DNA from: Spirochaetota bacterium
GTDB lineage: Bacteria > Spirochaetota > UBA4802 > UBA5550
Assembly: GCA_963663865.1 (NCBI GenBank)
Contig: OY760686.1
Coordinates: forward strand, 1,600,001-1,664,000
Direction of reading: 5' to 3'
DNA length: 64,000 nt
Below are positions 49,382 to 59,910 of this stretch, in pieces. A program made the translations under genes and the position numbers. Within the stretch, counting starts at the first letter, position 1, and every line of letters starts with the position of its first letter. The notes under the pieces were generated by a model. It saw only the letters and a program-made list of their open reading frames with translations. It had not been told where the DNA came from and searched no databases.

Positions 49382-50097
49382 TTATAATACCTGCGATAGA
49401 CCTGAAGGGGGGGAAATGTGTCCGCCTGCTTCAGGGAGATCCCGATCGGGAAACAGTCTATTCGGACAGCCCGGCGGAGGTCGCGGCCGAGTTCCAGAGT
49501 AAGGGCGCGGGCCTTATCCATGTTGTCGACCTTGATGGAGCATTCGAAGGCCGTCCAGTTAACATTGACCTCATTAAAAGCATTGCTGAAAGAATTACTA
49601 TCCCTATTGAGGTCGGCGGTGGAATACGCACGGTCTCAACGGCCGGGGCCTATCTGAGCGCGGGTGTTGAGAGGATAATTGTCGGTTCCGCAATTTTTGA
49701 AGACAGCTTTGAAGACATGCTAAAGGAGTTTTCAGGAAGAATTGTTGCGGGGGTGGACGTCAGGGACGGCTTCGTAGCTACGAAGGGATGGAAAAATGTG
49801 ACATCGGTGAAGGATGAGGATCTTATTGAAAAGCTTATGGAAATGGGTGTAAAAGACATCATCTACACTGACATTTCAACTGACGGAATGCTGGGGGGGC
49901 CAAACATTGAGGCCTATGAGAGGCTGCTCAAGCGTTTTCCTGAAATCAGGCTCATCGCCTCGGGAGGCGTATCGAGTATTGATGATATACGCAGGCTCAA
50001 CAGCGTGAAATACGGCAGTCTCGCAGGGGTTATAACAGGCAAAGCTGTTTATGACGGACGGCTGGATATCGGTGAGGCTGTGAAGCTGGTTTCGTGA
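49378..50097 (+). CDS. hisA: ProFAR isomerase
   Basis: PAIDLKGGKCVRL, HVVDLDGA, GGGIR and TDISTDG. Confidence 0.95.
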   Translation: MIIIPAIDLKGGKCVRLLQGDPDRETVYSDSPAEVAAEFQSKGAGLIHVVDLDGAFEGRPVNIDLIKSIAERITIPIEVGGGIRTVSTAGAYLSAGVERIIVGSAIFEDSFEDMLKEFSGRIVAGVDVRDGFVATKGWKNVTSVKDEDLIEKLMEMGVKDIIYTDISTDGMLGGPNIEAYERLLKRFPEIRLIASGGVSSIDDIRRLNSVKYGSLAGVITGKAVYDGRLDIGEAVKLVS

Positions 50098-50098
50098 G

Positions 50099-51157
50099 AT
50101 GAACATAGACCGCGAATGGGATGAAAAAGTTGAATGGCCCGTAGAGATTGAGCAGTACGAGCGCAAGATCTACGACCTCAAACAGCTTATTGAGATAAGC
50201 AAGGGGTTGAATTCAACTCTTGAATACAACACGCTTATCGAATCAATACTTCTGACCTGTATGGGGCAGATGCAGCTTCTTAACGCGGGCATATTCATCA
50301 AGAAGGGAATCAGCTCGTCAGTACTCAAGCTTCACAGGAACTACAAGGGTTTTGAACCTGAGCATATCAAGGATTACTCGATAAAACGGGATTCATCGCT
50401 TATCCGATTTCTTGAAACATCAATGCGCTGTTTTACAATTGATGAGATTCTTTCAAAATCCTTCACTGACGGTTCCGACGAGATATTAAAGCGGCTTAAT
50501 CCGGATATTATTGTTCCTCTTTCAAGCAAGGGGCAAATAAATGGCATCATAGTGCTTGGGGACAGGATTGTGCCAAAGCCTTTTTCCGAGACCGAGAAGG
50601 AATACCTGCTTGATATAGCATCACTTGCAGGTATTGCCATAAACAACGCCGCGCTTTATGAAATGGCCACAACCGACATGATGACACGCCTGAAGATACG
50701 TCACTACTACCAGACTGTTCTTGAGGAGGAGTTCTCCAGGAGCAGAAGGCTTAAATGGCCGCTTTCTGTAATCTTTGCTGACGTTGACAGGTTTAAGCAG
50801 TTCAATGATGAACACGGACATGCCGCGGGAGATGACGTTCTTGTGAGAGTGGCCCGCGTTCTGGCGGATAACATAAGAACAAGTGATACTGCGGCACGCA
50901 TTGGCGGCGAGGAGTTCGCTGTTATTCTTCCAAAGACAGATATAATGGAATCGCTGATTGTCGCTGAAAGGATAAGAAGCTCAATCGAATCGGAAGAGAT
51001 TGAGTATAAAGAGGAAAAGCTTCGTGTTACAGTTTCAATTGGCCTCTCTCAGCTTGATCCGGACAACGACAATGATTACTCCGATATGACATCCAGGGCT
51101 GACCGAGCGCTGTATCTTTCGAAAAACGGCGGGCGCAACACAGTTTCGATGCTGTAA
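50099..51157 (+). CDS. GAF-GGDEF diguanylate cyclase
   Basis: GAF-like N-terminus, RTSD I-site, intact RIGGEEF and ADRALYLSKNGGRN. Confidence 0.9.
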   Translation: MNIDREWDEKVEWPVEIEQYERKIYDLKQLIEISKGLNSTLEYNTLIESILLTCMGQMQLLNAGIFIKKGISSSVLKLHRNYKGFEPEHIKDYSIKRDSSLIRFLETSMRCFTIDEILSKSFTDGSDEILKRLNPDIIVPLSSKGQINGIIVLGDRIVPKPFSETEKEYLLDIASLAGIAINNAALYEMATTDMMTRLKIRHYYQTVLEEEFSRSRRLKWPLSVIFADVDRFKQFNDEHGHAAGDDVLVRVARVLADNIRTSDTAARIGGEEFAVILPKTDIMESLIVAERIRSSIESEEIEYKEEKLRVTVSIGLSQLDPDNDNDYSDMTSRADRALYLSKNGGRNTVSML

Positions 51158-51321
51158 GTAAAGTGATACAGGACGTTTTTCAATAAAGGCCACCCCATTA
51201 TATTTGCCGTAAAAAGTATGTGCAGTATTAATTATGTCTCATTATTTTATCTGTGAGGGTGTATTTGAGCTTAATTTTGTTGACATATTTGGGCGATAGA
51301 TAATAAATGTCTTTGTCTTCG

Positions 51322-51395
51322 GGGCCCATAGCTCAGTCGGTTAGAGCGGCTGACTCATAATCAGTAGGTCCGGGGTTCGAGTCCCTGTGGGCCCA
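51322..51395 (+). tRNA. tRNA with CAT anticodon, most likely tRNA-Ile2 (lysidine-modified); CCA not encoded
   Basis: Cloverleaf: acceptor GGGCCCA/TGGGCCC, D arm GCTC/GAGC, anticodon arm GCTGA-CTCATAA-TCAGT, T loop TTCGAGT. Lacks fMet features (paired 1:72, no GGG/CCC anticodon stem). Confidence 0.9.
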
Positions 51396-51442
51396 AATAT
51401 TTCCGGAGTTTTTTCTCCGAGTAAAATATCAGGATGTGGAAA

Positions 51443-51757
51443 ATGTACGCAATTATTGAAGTAGCAGGCAAGCAGTATAAAGTTGAGAAGGATGCTGCTG
51501 TGTGCGTTGACAGGCTTGACAGAAAGGAAAACGAGAGCTTTGATATTGATAAAGTTATACTCTTTTCGGACGGCTCCGAGGTTAAAATCGGTCAGCCATA
51601 CCTTCAGAATGTGAAGGTCGTAGCGGAGTGCAAGGGAGAGGGAAAGACAAAGAAAGTACGCGGAATCAAGTTCAAAAAGAGAAAGAACTATGAGCGTACC
51701 CTCGGTCACAGAGAGTATTACACAAAGCTTTTCATAAAGGACTTTGTTGTAAGCTGA
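51443..51757 (+). CDS. rplU: 50S ribosomal protein L21
   Basis: MYAIIEVAGKQYKV, KFKKRKNY and GHR. Confidence 0.96.
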   Translation: MYAIIEVAGKQYKVEKDAAVCVDRLDRKENESFDIDKVILFSDGSEVKIGQPYLQNVKVVAECKGEGKTKKVRGIKFKKRKNYERTLGHREYYTKLFIKDFVVS

Positions 51758-51761
51758 GAGT

Positions 51762-52121
51762 GTGATCACTATATCCTTTACCAATCTCCGGTTAGTAGAT
51801 GGTCTTATGCTTCCGGTAGCCGGGTGTAAGAGTTTTCGGCTTGTTTTAAGCGGGCATTCTGGAAGAGGGGTTAAGGGAGACGATGTTGTCTGTGCCGCAG
51901 TTTCAGCGATCGCCCATACGGCCGTGGCATCAGCTGCGAAGTTCGGCGGTGTGAGGCACAGGGTAATTGAAAAGGATGGCCTGCTTGATGTGGAGTTTGA
52001 TGAATCGCTTGTCAACGGCAGCGGTTCGGGGTCAGCCCAACTTGCTTTGAATTTTTTATATACCGGGATTTTTGAGATTCAATCGAAGTACCCCGGGACA
52101 ATTGATTTGAAATTTGATTAA
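51762..52121 (+). CDS. prp: Ribosomal-processing cysteine protease Prp (YsxB/DUF464)
   Basis: SGHS...DVVCAAVS His/Cys motif and YP near the C-terminus; lies between rplU and rpmA. Confidence 0.85.
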   Translation: MITISFTNLRLVDGLMLPVAGCKSFRLVLSGHSGRGVKGDDVVCAAVSAIAHTAVASAAKFGGVRHRVIEKDGLLDVEFDESLVNGSGSGSAQLALNFLYTGIFEIQSKYPGTIDLKFD

Positions 52122-52155
52122 ACCCGCTACAGCCGGGTCTTTGAAGGAGAGAGAA

Positions 52156-52419
52156 ATGGCACATAAGAAAGGCGGCGGATCGACCAGAAACGGCAGAGAT
52201 TCAAACGCTCAGCGGCTTGGAGTTAAACGTTTTGGCGGTGAGCTTGTAACTGGTGGAAGTATTATAGTTCGTCAGAGAGGAACAAAGATTCATCCCGGAA
52301 ACAATGTCGGCAAGGGCGGAGATGATACTCTTTTTGCTAAAGTTGACGGTGTTGTGACCTTTGAAAGATATGACAAAAAGAGAAAGAAGGTTTCTGTTTA
52401 TCCGGTTGCTGCTCAGTAA
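52156..52419 (+). CDS. rpmA: 50S ribosomal protein L27
   Basis: [16 protein letters not shown] and IIVRQRGT; AAGGAG RBS before ATG 52156. Confidence 0.97.
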   Translation: MAHKKGGGSTRNGRDSNAQRLGVKRFGGELVTGGSIIVRQRGTKIHPGNNVGKGGDDTLFAKVDGVVTFERYDKKRKKVSVYPVAAQ

Positions 52420-52456
52420 CAATCAGAAACAATCAGTATGTTTTATATAGTTAATG

Positions 52457-52489
52457 AATCGCGTAGGGGGTAGACCTGCGCGATTTTTT
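52457..52489 (+). terminator. Intrinsic terminator after rpmA
   Basis: AATCGCGTAGG...CCTGCGCGATT followed by a T-run. Confidence 0.75.
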
Positions 52490-52542
52490 ATTTGTCCGAT
52501 TAGGCGGACGGCATTATAAGGAGTTTACAAAATCGGAGAAAT

Positions 52543-53556
52543 ATGTCAAAATTTACAGATACAATAAAGATAAAAATCAAGGCTGGCGATGGAGGTGCGG
52601 GTTCTGTTTCCTTTCACAGGGAGAAGTATGTACCTAAAGGCGGTCCCGATGGAGGTGACGGAGGAAAAGGCGGTGACGTCTACTTTGTCGCAGACAGAAG
52701 ATACTATAACCTTTCTCACTTTTTCAAAGACAAGCTATATCACGCCGGCAGAGGCTTGCAGGGGATGGGACGAAACCGTCATGGAGCAGACGGAGAAGAC
52801 CTTGTTATTCCGGTACCTCCTGGTACGCAGATAACTGATACAGATACCGGTGAGCTGATTGCCGACCTGATTGAAGAGGATGTGAAGTTTCTGGCAGCAC
52901 GAGGAGGGATTGGAGGAAAGGGTAACGCCTTTTTTAAGTCGTCAACTCACCAGGCGCCCCGGATGGCCCAGAGCGGTATGCCGGGTGAAGAGTATGAGGT
53001 CTCGCTGAATCTCAAGCTTATCGCGGATATTGGTCTTGTCGGGCTTCCAAATGCCGGTAAATCCACGCTCCTTTCGGTGCTGACAAACGCCAAACCAAAA
53101 ATAGGCGATTATCCCTTTACGACGCTGACCCCAAATCTCGGAATGTTTAGCTGTGAGTCAGGGGTCTACAGTATAGCTGATATTCCCGGCATTATTGAAG
53201 GAGCGCATCAGGGCCATGGACTCGGGCTTTCTTTTCTTCAGCATATCGAGAGGGTTAGAGTTATACTCTTTTTGATTGATATTACCGGCGAAGATCCGGT
53301 TTATACGCATCATCTCCTGAAAGAGGAATTGAAGAGTTACAATCCCGCGCTGCTGGAAAGGCCCTCGTTTATTCTTCTGACCAAGACTGACCTGGCGGAT
53401 GATAAGGAAATTTCTGAAAAAGGGGAACTTTTCCCGGATGAAAAGGTTCTAACTATATCGTCTACAGAAGGGACGAATATTGATGAACTTATCTGTATTG
53501 TTGATGAAATAATGGATAATGAAAATGTCAAGAAAAACCTTCCTGAAGAGTGTTAA
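52543..53556 (+). CDS. obgE: GTPase Obg
   Basis: GGPDGGDGGKGG, GLPNAGKST, YPFTT, DIPG and TKTD. Confidence 0.96.
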   Translation: MSKFTDTIKIKIKAGDGGAGSVSFHREKYVPKGGPDGGDGGKGGDVYFVADRRYYNLSHFFKDKLYHAGRGLQGMGRNRHGADGEDLVIPVPPGTQITDTDTGELIADLIEEDVKFLAARGGIGGKGNAFFKSSTHQAPRMAQSGMPGEEYEVSLNLKLIADIGLVGLPNAGKSTLLSVLTNAKPKIGDYPFTTLTPNLGMFSCESGVYSIADIPGIIEGAHQGHGLGLSFLQHIERVRVILFLIDITGEDPVYTHHLLKEELKSYNPALLERPSFILLTKTDLADDKEISEKGELFPDEKVLTISSTEGTNIDELICIVDEIMDNENVKKNLPEEC

Positions 53557-54655
53557 GAGAATTGTAGTCAAAGTCGGTACAACTTCGTTGACTGAAGGCG
53601 GCCTCATATCAGAAAGCAAGATAAGAATGCTCGTTGATGATATTGCCGGCCTGCGTGAAAAGGGCTATCAGATCGCTCTGGTTTCTTCGGGCGCTATATC
53701 TGCCGGCGCCGCAGCCATGGGTAGAAAGAAGAACAACTTGACAATCCCGGAAAAACAGGCTCTTGCATCAATCGGGCAGTCCCTGTTGATGAATGAATAC
53801 AGGAAGCAGTTTGGAAGAAAGAATCTCCACGCGGGACAAATCCTTTTAACCGAGGATGATGTTAAGAACCGGAAAAGGTTTCTAAATGCCCGAAATACCT
53901 TTGAATCCCTTTTTGAAATGGGCGTTATTCCAATAGTGAATGAGAACGATACAGTGGCCGTAAATGAAATAAAATTCGGGGACAATGATACTCTTTCAGC
54001 ACATATAGCTTCCGTTATTGACGCGCATCTACTGGTTCTGCTCTCCGATATCGACGGCTTCTATAGAGACCTTTCTGATACTTCTCCTCTTGAGCGTGTA
54101 AATAAAATCACACCTGAAATATTAAAGAGCGCGGGAGACAGCGGTTCCGGACACGGCACCGGCGGGATGATAACCAAGCTAAAGGCAGCCGACATGATAC
54201 TGAAATGCGGCGAGATGATGATTATTGCCAGGGGGGCAGAGCGAAATATCCTTGGCCGTATTATGGCGGGGGAGAACACCGGGACCCTTTTTGCCGGTGA
54301 AAACGCCAGAATCCCCAGCAGGAAAAAGTGGATAGCGCTGCGTAAATCAAGGGGCGAGGTGATTATTGACAGCGGGGCGTCAGAAGCCCTGATTTCACGC
54401 AAGAAGTCGCTCCTCGCGTCGGGTATAACCGCGGTGAACGGCAGCTTCGATATGGGAGTCGCTGTGGAGATTCTTGAATCGTCCGGAAAAGCTATCGGCC
54501 GGGGTATAGTAAACTACAGCAGTACTGAGCTGGATACAATAAAAGGAAAGTCGACCCGGGAGATAAAGGAAATTCTCGGGAGCAAGTATTTTGAAGAGGC
54601 AGTTAACCGTGATTATATGGTTGTCTATAATACGGATGATAAGGCTGCGGATTAG
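53525..54655 (+). CDS. proB: Glutamate 5-kinase
   Basis: VVKVGT, VSSGAI, NENDTV, FGDND, GTGGMITK and a C-terminal PUA domain. Confidence 0.95.
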   Translation: MSRKTFLKSVKRIVVKVGTTSLTEGGLISESKIRMLVDDIAGLREKGYQIALVSSGAISAGAAAMGRKKNNLTIPEKQALASIGQSLLMNEYRKQFGRKNLHAGQILLTEDDVKNRKRFLNARNTFESLFEMGVIPIVNENDTVAVNEIKFGDNDTLSAHIASVIDAHLLVLLSDIDGFYRDLSDTSPLERVNKITPEILKSAGDSGSGHGTGGMITKLKAADMILKCGEMMIIARGAERNILGRIMAGENTGTLFAGENARIPSRKKWIALRKSRGEVIIDSGASEALISRKKSLLASGITAVNGSFDMGVAVEILESSGKAIGRGIVNYSSTELDTIKGKSTREIKEILGSKYFEEAVNRDYMVVYNTDDKAAD

Positions 54656-54755
54656 TAAAAGTATATATTTATAAATAAAACAATAAGCGTCTCGGGATGT
54701 TTGCAGCACATTTCGTATATAAGGTAAACAATGACGGCGCTAAGAAAGGGGCGGA

Positions 54756-56261
54756 ATGAGAATAGCTTTTTGTTTTTTAGCATGCCTGATTATAACTTCG
54801 GGCTGCTCGCAAGACTCAGAGGGCCATTCAGACAATGTGCCCGTTGAGACCGGCTGGACAATTATGGTTTACGCTGATGCCGACAACAATCTTGAATCCA
54901 GTATACTTGAAGATGTTGCTGAAATGAAGCTTGGTTTTATCGATGAGGCCGGGGTTAACCTGATACTTCTGATTGACCGCGGGGCGTATTCCTACGACTC
55001 AGAGGTGCTTGGAGGTTATTTTACCGATACGCGCATGTACAGGATTTTTTCAGGAAAGGCTTCGCGGATTTACGATGAGGAGTCGCAATATTTTGAAGGT
55101 CTCAACCCGGATAAGAGGTATGAGGCTAATATGGGCGATCCTGAAACATTAAAGTCTTTTATCGGATACTGCAAGACGAATTATCCGGCTGATAAATATG
55201 GACTTATTATAAGCAGCCATGGAAGCGGGCCAAGAAAAAAATCAGCCGCGGCTGAGTCGCTTTCTTCGACAAGAGGGATTTGCCAGGACGAGACAAACGA
55301 CTACGACTCCCTTTATACTGCTGAAATTACTGACGTTTTGTCTGAGGATGAAGCTGTGGATTTTCTGGGCTTTGACTCCTGTATGATGGGTAACGCGGAA
55401 GTCGCCTATCAGTACAGGCCAGGCAACGGCTCTTTCAGCGCGGACTATATGGCAGCATCTCCGGCCGCAGAATGGTCATACGGATGGGACTACAGAGCAA
55501 TATTCTCAAGCCTCGACGGTACCATTTATGATCCCCATTCAATGACAGGAGAGGAGCTGGGACAGCTCGTCGTAAGTACATACGCCGATTATGTGGAAGG
55601 TTTTCAGAGCACTGGTACAATGAGCTGTTATGATTTAAGTAAGATCGAAGCCGTAAAGAACTCAATAGATGAACTGGCTGTGGAATTTTTCAGCAGTTCA
55701 TCGTCCAGGCAGATGGCTGAGGCAATAAGAGGAAGCGGAACGCTTATTGATATGATATACTACTTTGACAGCAGCTCTCTTGAGGAGTGGGTCTACCTCC
55801 CTATGTTTGATATTTACGATTTTGCCGCCAAAATCAATGACGAGTCTTCAGATTTTACTGCAACTGAGAAGCAGATATCGGGAGAGATTATGAACGCTGT
55901 TGAAAGCTGTATTGTTTCATCGTGGGCGGACAGTGATTACAATTCGTTTACGAAGGGCAGTCACGGCATATCCTTTTTCTTTCCGGAAGGTGATTATCAG
56001 TATAACTATTACGATACTGCATCCCGCGACCAGATGTCATATTCGGTTTGGGTATATCAGTGGTGGTACAACGCTGTTAAGACAACTGGGTGGCTGGATG
56101 ATTACGGTCAGGCGGGAAGCTTCCTTTACGGAAACCTTGCCTGGTGCAAAGACGGTATTGACCCCTCTGTCGGCTCAGTCGGAAACTGGTTTGAGCTCCT
56201 GGACTCCTGGTACGATACAGAAAATGGCGAAGACGGAGGTTCTAACGGCTACCAGTGGTAG
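54756..56261 (+). CDS. Clostripain (C11) family cysteine peptidase lipoprotein
   Basis: Lipobox TSGC, WTIMVYADADNNLE, NMGDPETL, SSHGSG (His) and GFDSCMMG (Cys). Confidence 0.9.
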   Translation: MRIAFCFLACLIITSGCSQDSEGHSDNVPVETGWTIMVYADADNNLESSILEDVAEMKLGFIDEAGVNLILLIDRGAYSYDSEVLGGYFTDTRMYRIFSGKASRIYDEESQYFEGLNPDKRYEANMGDPETLKSFIGYCKTNYPADKYGLIISSHGSGPRKKSAAAESLSSTRGICQDETNDYDSLYTAEITDVLSEDEAVDFLGFDSCMMGNAEVAYQYRPGNGSFSADYMAASPAAEWSYGWDYRAIFSSLDGTIYDPHSMTGEELGQLVVSTYADYVEGFQSTGTMSCYDLSKIEAVKNSIDELAVEFFSSSSSRQMAEAIRGSGTLIDMIYYFDSSSLEEWVYLPMFDIYDFAAKINDESSDFTATEKQISGEIMNAVESCIVSSWADSDYNSFTKGSHGISFFFPEGDYQYNYYDTASRDQMSYSVWVYQWWYNAVKTTGWLDDYGQAGSFLYGNLAWCKDGIDPSVGSVGNWFELLDSWYDTENGEDGGSNGYQW

Positions 56262-56378
56262 CCGTCAGACTGAAGCCTTTTGCCTCATTAAGTCAATATC
56301 CCCCCCATGAATTTAAAATGATTTGACACCCGCCGTGGCTCCGTGAAAATTGCGGCAGCAATCAGAAGGAGAAAACAC

Positions 56379-58079
56379 ATGAGACTTTCGAGATATATCG
56401 CGCCTACGCTTAAAGAGGACCCGTCAGATGCCGTTGTTAAAAGTCACAAACTAATGATAAGGTCGGGCCTTGTCCGTAAGGAATCGGCTGGAATGTACAT
56501 ATATCTTCCGCTGGGGCTCAGGGCCCTGCGCAAAATTATGGATATTGTTAGAGCGGAGATGGAGGCTGCCGGGGCTCTGGAATTTCTGATGCCCGAGCTG
56601 ACTAACGCGGAGCTATGGAAGGAATCCGGACGCTGGGAAGCCATGGGGCCGGAGATGATGAGGATTGCCGACCGCAATGGAATGGAATATGCTCTTGCCC
56701 CCACCCATGAGGAGGCGTTCACATCTGCTGTACGGTCGCTTGTGGCTTCATACCGGGATTTGCCGGTAACGGTGTATCAGATGAACACAAAGTTCAGGGA
56801 TGAAATCCGGCCAAGATTCGGAGTTATCAGGAGCAAGGAATTTATCATGAAGGATGCGTATTCCTTCGATATGGACGAGAAGGGCCTTGAAGCGTCTTAT
56901 CAGACGATGAGGGCTGCTTACAGAAAAATTTTTGACAGGTGCGGCCTCGAGACTATTCCTGTCGAGGCTGACTCGGGTTCGATGGGCGGAAGCAACTCTG
57001 AAGAGTTTATGGTCGCTTCTGAAGTAGGAGAAGAATATCTGCTTATCTGTGACAGCTGCGGCTACAGGGCCAATCAGGAAAAAGCGGCCTATGGAAGAGG
57101 ACAGGCTTCCACACAGGAGCTGCTGCCCCTTGAGACAGCGGATACTCCTTCGGTTAAGACTATCGAACAGCTCGTAGAGTTTTTCGGCAAGCCCTCTGCT
57201 GTTTTCCTGAAGAGTATTGTTTACATTGCTGACGGAAGTCCAGTTCTGGCCGTTGTTCCCGGTGACAGGGAGATTAATGAGTACAAGCTTAAGAATGTAC
57301 TTGGGGCTCAGTCACTTGAGCTCGCCGATGATAAGACTGTCGAAGAGTTTACAGGCGCTCCCGTCGGATTTGCGGGACCAGTTAGAACGGGGAAAGTCAG
57401 GACTATATATGATATATCAATACAAAACATCACAAACGGGATAACCGGCGCTAATGAGAAGGACCGCCACTTTGTAAACGTTAATTCCGGCAGGGACTTT
57501 GAACTAAAAAATACCGAGGATATCAGCTCAGCCGTTGAAGGGGATGCGTGCCCTTCATGCGGAAAACCTATGAAGGTTAAGAAGGGAATTGAAGTTGGCC
57601 ATATTTTCAAGCTCGGGTACAAGTACACAAAGGCAATGAATGTCTCTGTCCTTGATGAGTCCGGGAAGCCTGCTGTGCCGATTATGGGCTGTTACGGGAT
57701 AGGCGTAAACAGAACAATGGCTGCCGTAATTGAGCAGCATTGCGATGAGCGCGGTATAGTATGGCCGGCATCTATTGCCCCCTTCCAGGTGCATCTCGTC
57801 TCTCTTGCGAAGACTGATGAAGAGAGGGCGAAGTCTGATTCAGTCTATGATGCGCTGTGTTCCGGCGGGATCGAGGTTCTATATGACGACAGAAATGCCA
57901 GCCCCGGATTTAAGTTCGCTGACGCGGACCTTATCGGCCTTCCTCTGCGGATTACTGCAGGAAAAGGCTTCTTCCAGAACGGGACTCTTGAGATCAAGGT
58001 GAGAAGAACCGGTGAAATGGAGGAAACTGAGTTTGAGGACATTGCCGTTAAGGTTAAAGGAATGCTTGAGCAGCTTTAA
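56379..58079 (+). CDS. proS: Proline-tRNA ligase (bacterial type, with INS editing domain)
   Basis: LAPTHEE, KFRDEIRPRFG, EFIMKDAYSF, IEVGHIFKLG and MGCYGIG. Start placed at MRLSRY. Confidence 0.97.
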   Translation: MRLSRYIAPTLKEDPSDAVVKSHKLMIRSGLVRKESAGMYIYLPLGLRALRKIMDIVRAEMEAAGALEFLMPELTNAELWKESGRWEAMGPEMMRIADRNGMEYALAPTHEEAFTSAVRSLVASYRDLPVTVYQMNTKFRDEIRPRFGVIRSKEFIMKDAYSFDMDEKGLEASYQTMRAAYRKIFDRCGLETIPVEADSGSMGGSNSEEFMVASEVGEEYLLICDSCGYRANQEKAAYGRGQASTQELLPLETADTPSVKTIEQLVEFFGKPSAVFLKSIVYIADGSPVLAVVPGDREINEYKLKNVLGAQSLELADDKTVEEFTGAPVGFAGPVRTGKVRTIYDISIQNITNGITGANEKDRHFVNVNSGRDFELKNTEDISSAVEGDACPSCGKPMKVKKGIEVGHIFKLGYKYTKAMNVSVLDESGKPAVPIMGCYGIGVNRTMAAVIEQHCDERGIVWPASIAPFQVHLVSLAKTDEERAKSDSVYDALCSGGIEVLYDDRNASPGFKFADADLIGLPLRITAGKGFFQNGTLEIKVRRTGEMEETEFEDIAVKVKGMLEQL

Positions 58080-58104
58080 TGTCTATTCGCGTATGCGGGA
58101 GGTC

Positions 58105-58770
58105 TCATTTCTCCCGCGGCGGGAAAACATCGGTGCGGAACATGAAACCTGCCGTCACAAGCGCGCTGTAAAACCTTGAGTTCTCACCTTCGGCATTTCT
58201 GACAATCTCGGTCAGATGGTAGTTGCCTATTATCCCCGTATAGAAGTCAGTAAAACGGCCCACACGGAATCTGAAGGTTATACCGGCTGTTGCAGCCAGC
58301 TGAAAGTACCAGAGGTCGTGGGTGTTTTCATGTACGCCTTCTGCCTGGGTCGATGTGTCTGTGAAGTTGAATTCGTTTATGAGCATGTAGCCAGGTGTCA
58401 GGCCGTACTGGAGGCAAAATGAAAACCAGCCGGCATTGAATGAATTGACAAGAAGGACTGGCAGCGATAACATCATGAAGTGGGAATTGTCAAAAATGTA
58501 ATTTTCACCCGCGTCGAAGGAGCTGAGGTTGATTTTGTTGTCTGAGAAAATAAGCCCCGACTGAATACCAAACCTCTTGCTGAACATTCTTTCCGCTGTA
58601 ATACCGACGGAAAAAACCGGACCCGGCTTCCAGTCGATGTCTGTATTCGTGCCGTGAGCATTGACGTAGCCGTAAGAGCCCTGTATTCCAAACGCGTCTA
58701 CAGCAGTATGCGCCGGTTTAATCACGGCGAATAACAGCATGATGGCCGGAATGACGGTCAGGACTCTCAT
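58105..58770 (-). CDS. Outer-membrane beta-barrel-like protein
   Basis: Signal peptide, alternating amphipathic strands and an aromatic-rich C-terminal strand (VTAGFMF). Confidence 0.6.
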   Translation of the reverse strand: MRVLTVIPAIMLLFAVIKPAHTAVDAFGIQGSYGYVNAHGTNTDIDWKPGPVFSVGITAERMFSKRFGIQSGLIFSDNKINLSSFDAGENYIFDNSHFMMLSLPVLLVNSFNAGWFSFCLQYGLTPGYMLINEFNFTDTSTQAEGVHENTHDLWYFQLAATAGITFRFRVGRFTDFYTGIIGNYHLTEIVRNAEGENSRFYSALVTAGFMFRTDVFPPREK

Positions 58771-58774
58771 ATTA

Positions 58775-59134
58775 TTACTTTTCTTCCATGATGCAGGTTC
58801 CGTTGAAAAGCGAACCGTTTTCAATGTACAGATCAGGAGAAACTATATCGCCGCTCGTACGGCTTTTTTTATAAAGTTCCACCCTGTTTTGAGCTTTTAT
58901 TTTCCCGTTGATACTGCCGCTGACTGACACTATGCGGGCGTTGATGTCGGCGCTTACAGCAGCTTCCCTGCCGATGATTAAGTGCCCCTCTGTTTCAATT
59001 TTTCCTTCAAATCGGCCCTTGATTTTTAATGAATTCTTAAACCTCAGATTTCCCCGGAATTCAATGTCATCAGCTATGACCGTATCAATTTTATTTTCAT
59101 CTTCAAGAATCTCTTTTGCGTTTGTCTCAGCCAT
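58775..59134 (-). CDS. Bactofilin (polymer-forming cytoskeletal protein)
   Basis: TVIADDIEFRGNL, GRFEGKI, SGSINGKI, GDI and IENGSLFNG beta-helix repeats. Confidence 0.9.
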   Translation of the reverse strand: MAETNAKEILEDENKIDTVIADDIEFRGNLRFKNSLKIKGRFEGKIETEGHLIIGREAAVSADINARIVSVSGSINGKIKAQNRVELYKKSRTSGDIVSPDLYIENGSLFNGTCIMEEK

Positions 59135-59367
59135 CTGTATATATTTCCCCTGTCAATAAACTAAGCCGTGTCTGACTATAACCGCTTAACTGCGGTACGT
59201 TGAAATGAAAAAATCACATCACTGATTATGTATATATATGAAGCTCTAATTGTCAATTAAAACAATAGAACAGGGCTTAATATTGACCGAAATTATAATT
59301 TGACAGCCATGTATATTCCGATTTACTGAGCCTCGAATTGAAAAAATGAACAGGCGGGGGATAAGGT

Positions 59368-59691
59368 ATGGACGAACTATTGAAAGCTGCAGATGAGCTT
59401 GGAAGAGAAATAAAGAAATCATCGACCTGGAAGGAATATCAGAGAGCTGCCGCAGAAATGAATGAAGAAGCCGAAGCGCGCAATATATTTGATGAATACA
59501 TAAAGGCAGCCGACGAGATGAGGGAACGCGAACGCGCCGGAGATATAATTGAATCCTATGAAAAGGAAGAGTTTCGCGAGTTGACCGAAAAGGTAAAAAA
59601 CAGCGCTTCCATAATAAAATATCTGAGAGCTGAGGAACAGTACGCTGAGATGCTTAACAGTGTCCAGAGGATGCTTGAGGGGAAACAGTGA
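59368..59691 (+). CDS. YlbF/YmcA-like regulator
   Basis: KAADELGREIKKS and IIKYLRAEE helical pattern. Confidence 0.65.
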   Translation: MDELLKAADELGREIKKSSTWKEYQRAAAEMNEEAEARNIFDEYIKAADEMRERERAGDIIESYEKEEFRELTEKVKNSASIIKYLRAEEQYAEMLNSVQRMLEGKQ

Positions 59692-59710
59692 CCCCTGAGG
59701 AAATCAGGGG
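59692..59710. terminator. Hairpin between the convergent ylbF-like gene and rpmB
   Basis: CCCCTGA-GGAAA-TCAGGGG. Confidence 0.55.
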
Positions 59711-59721
59711 CCGAACGTATA

Positions 59722-59910
59722 TTAAACCGCTTTTTGTACCGCGCCTGATTTGATGCATTTGGTACAAACTGATTTTCTTACTACAGCCTTGTTCATCAGA
59801 ACACGGATTTTTTTGATGTTAGGCAGCCATTTCTTTGATGTCTTTTTGTTAGAGTGGCTTACGCTGTTTCCGAACTGAACGGATTTACCGCAAATTTCAC
59901 ATTTAGCCAT
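59722..59910 (-). CDS. rpmB: 50S ribosomal protein L28 (Zn-ribbon form)
   Basis: [19 protein letters not shown] and VCTKCIKSG. Confidence 0.95.
   Translation of the reverse strand: MAKCEICGKSVQFGNSVSHSNKKTSKKWLPNIKKIRVLMNKAVVRKSVCTKCIKSGAVQKAV

Noticed and set aside
48189-50097. hisF missing from the hisBHA cluster
   Set aside because: Split his operons are common; hisF is probably elsewhere and cannot be assessed from this window.
52114-52155. Upstream TTG start giving L27 a 14-aa extension
   Set aside because: The segment contains the RBS for ATG 52156 and lacks the Prp cleavage consensus.
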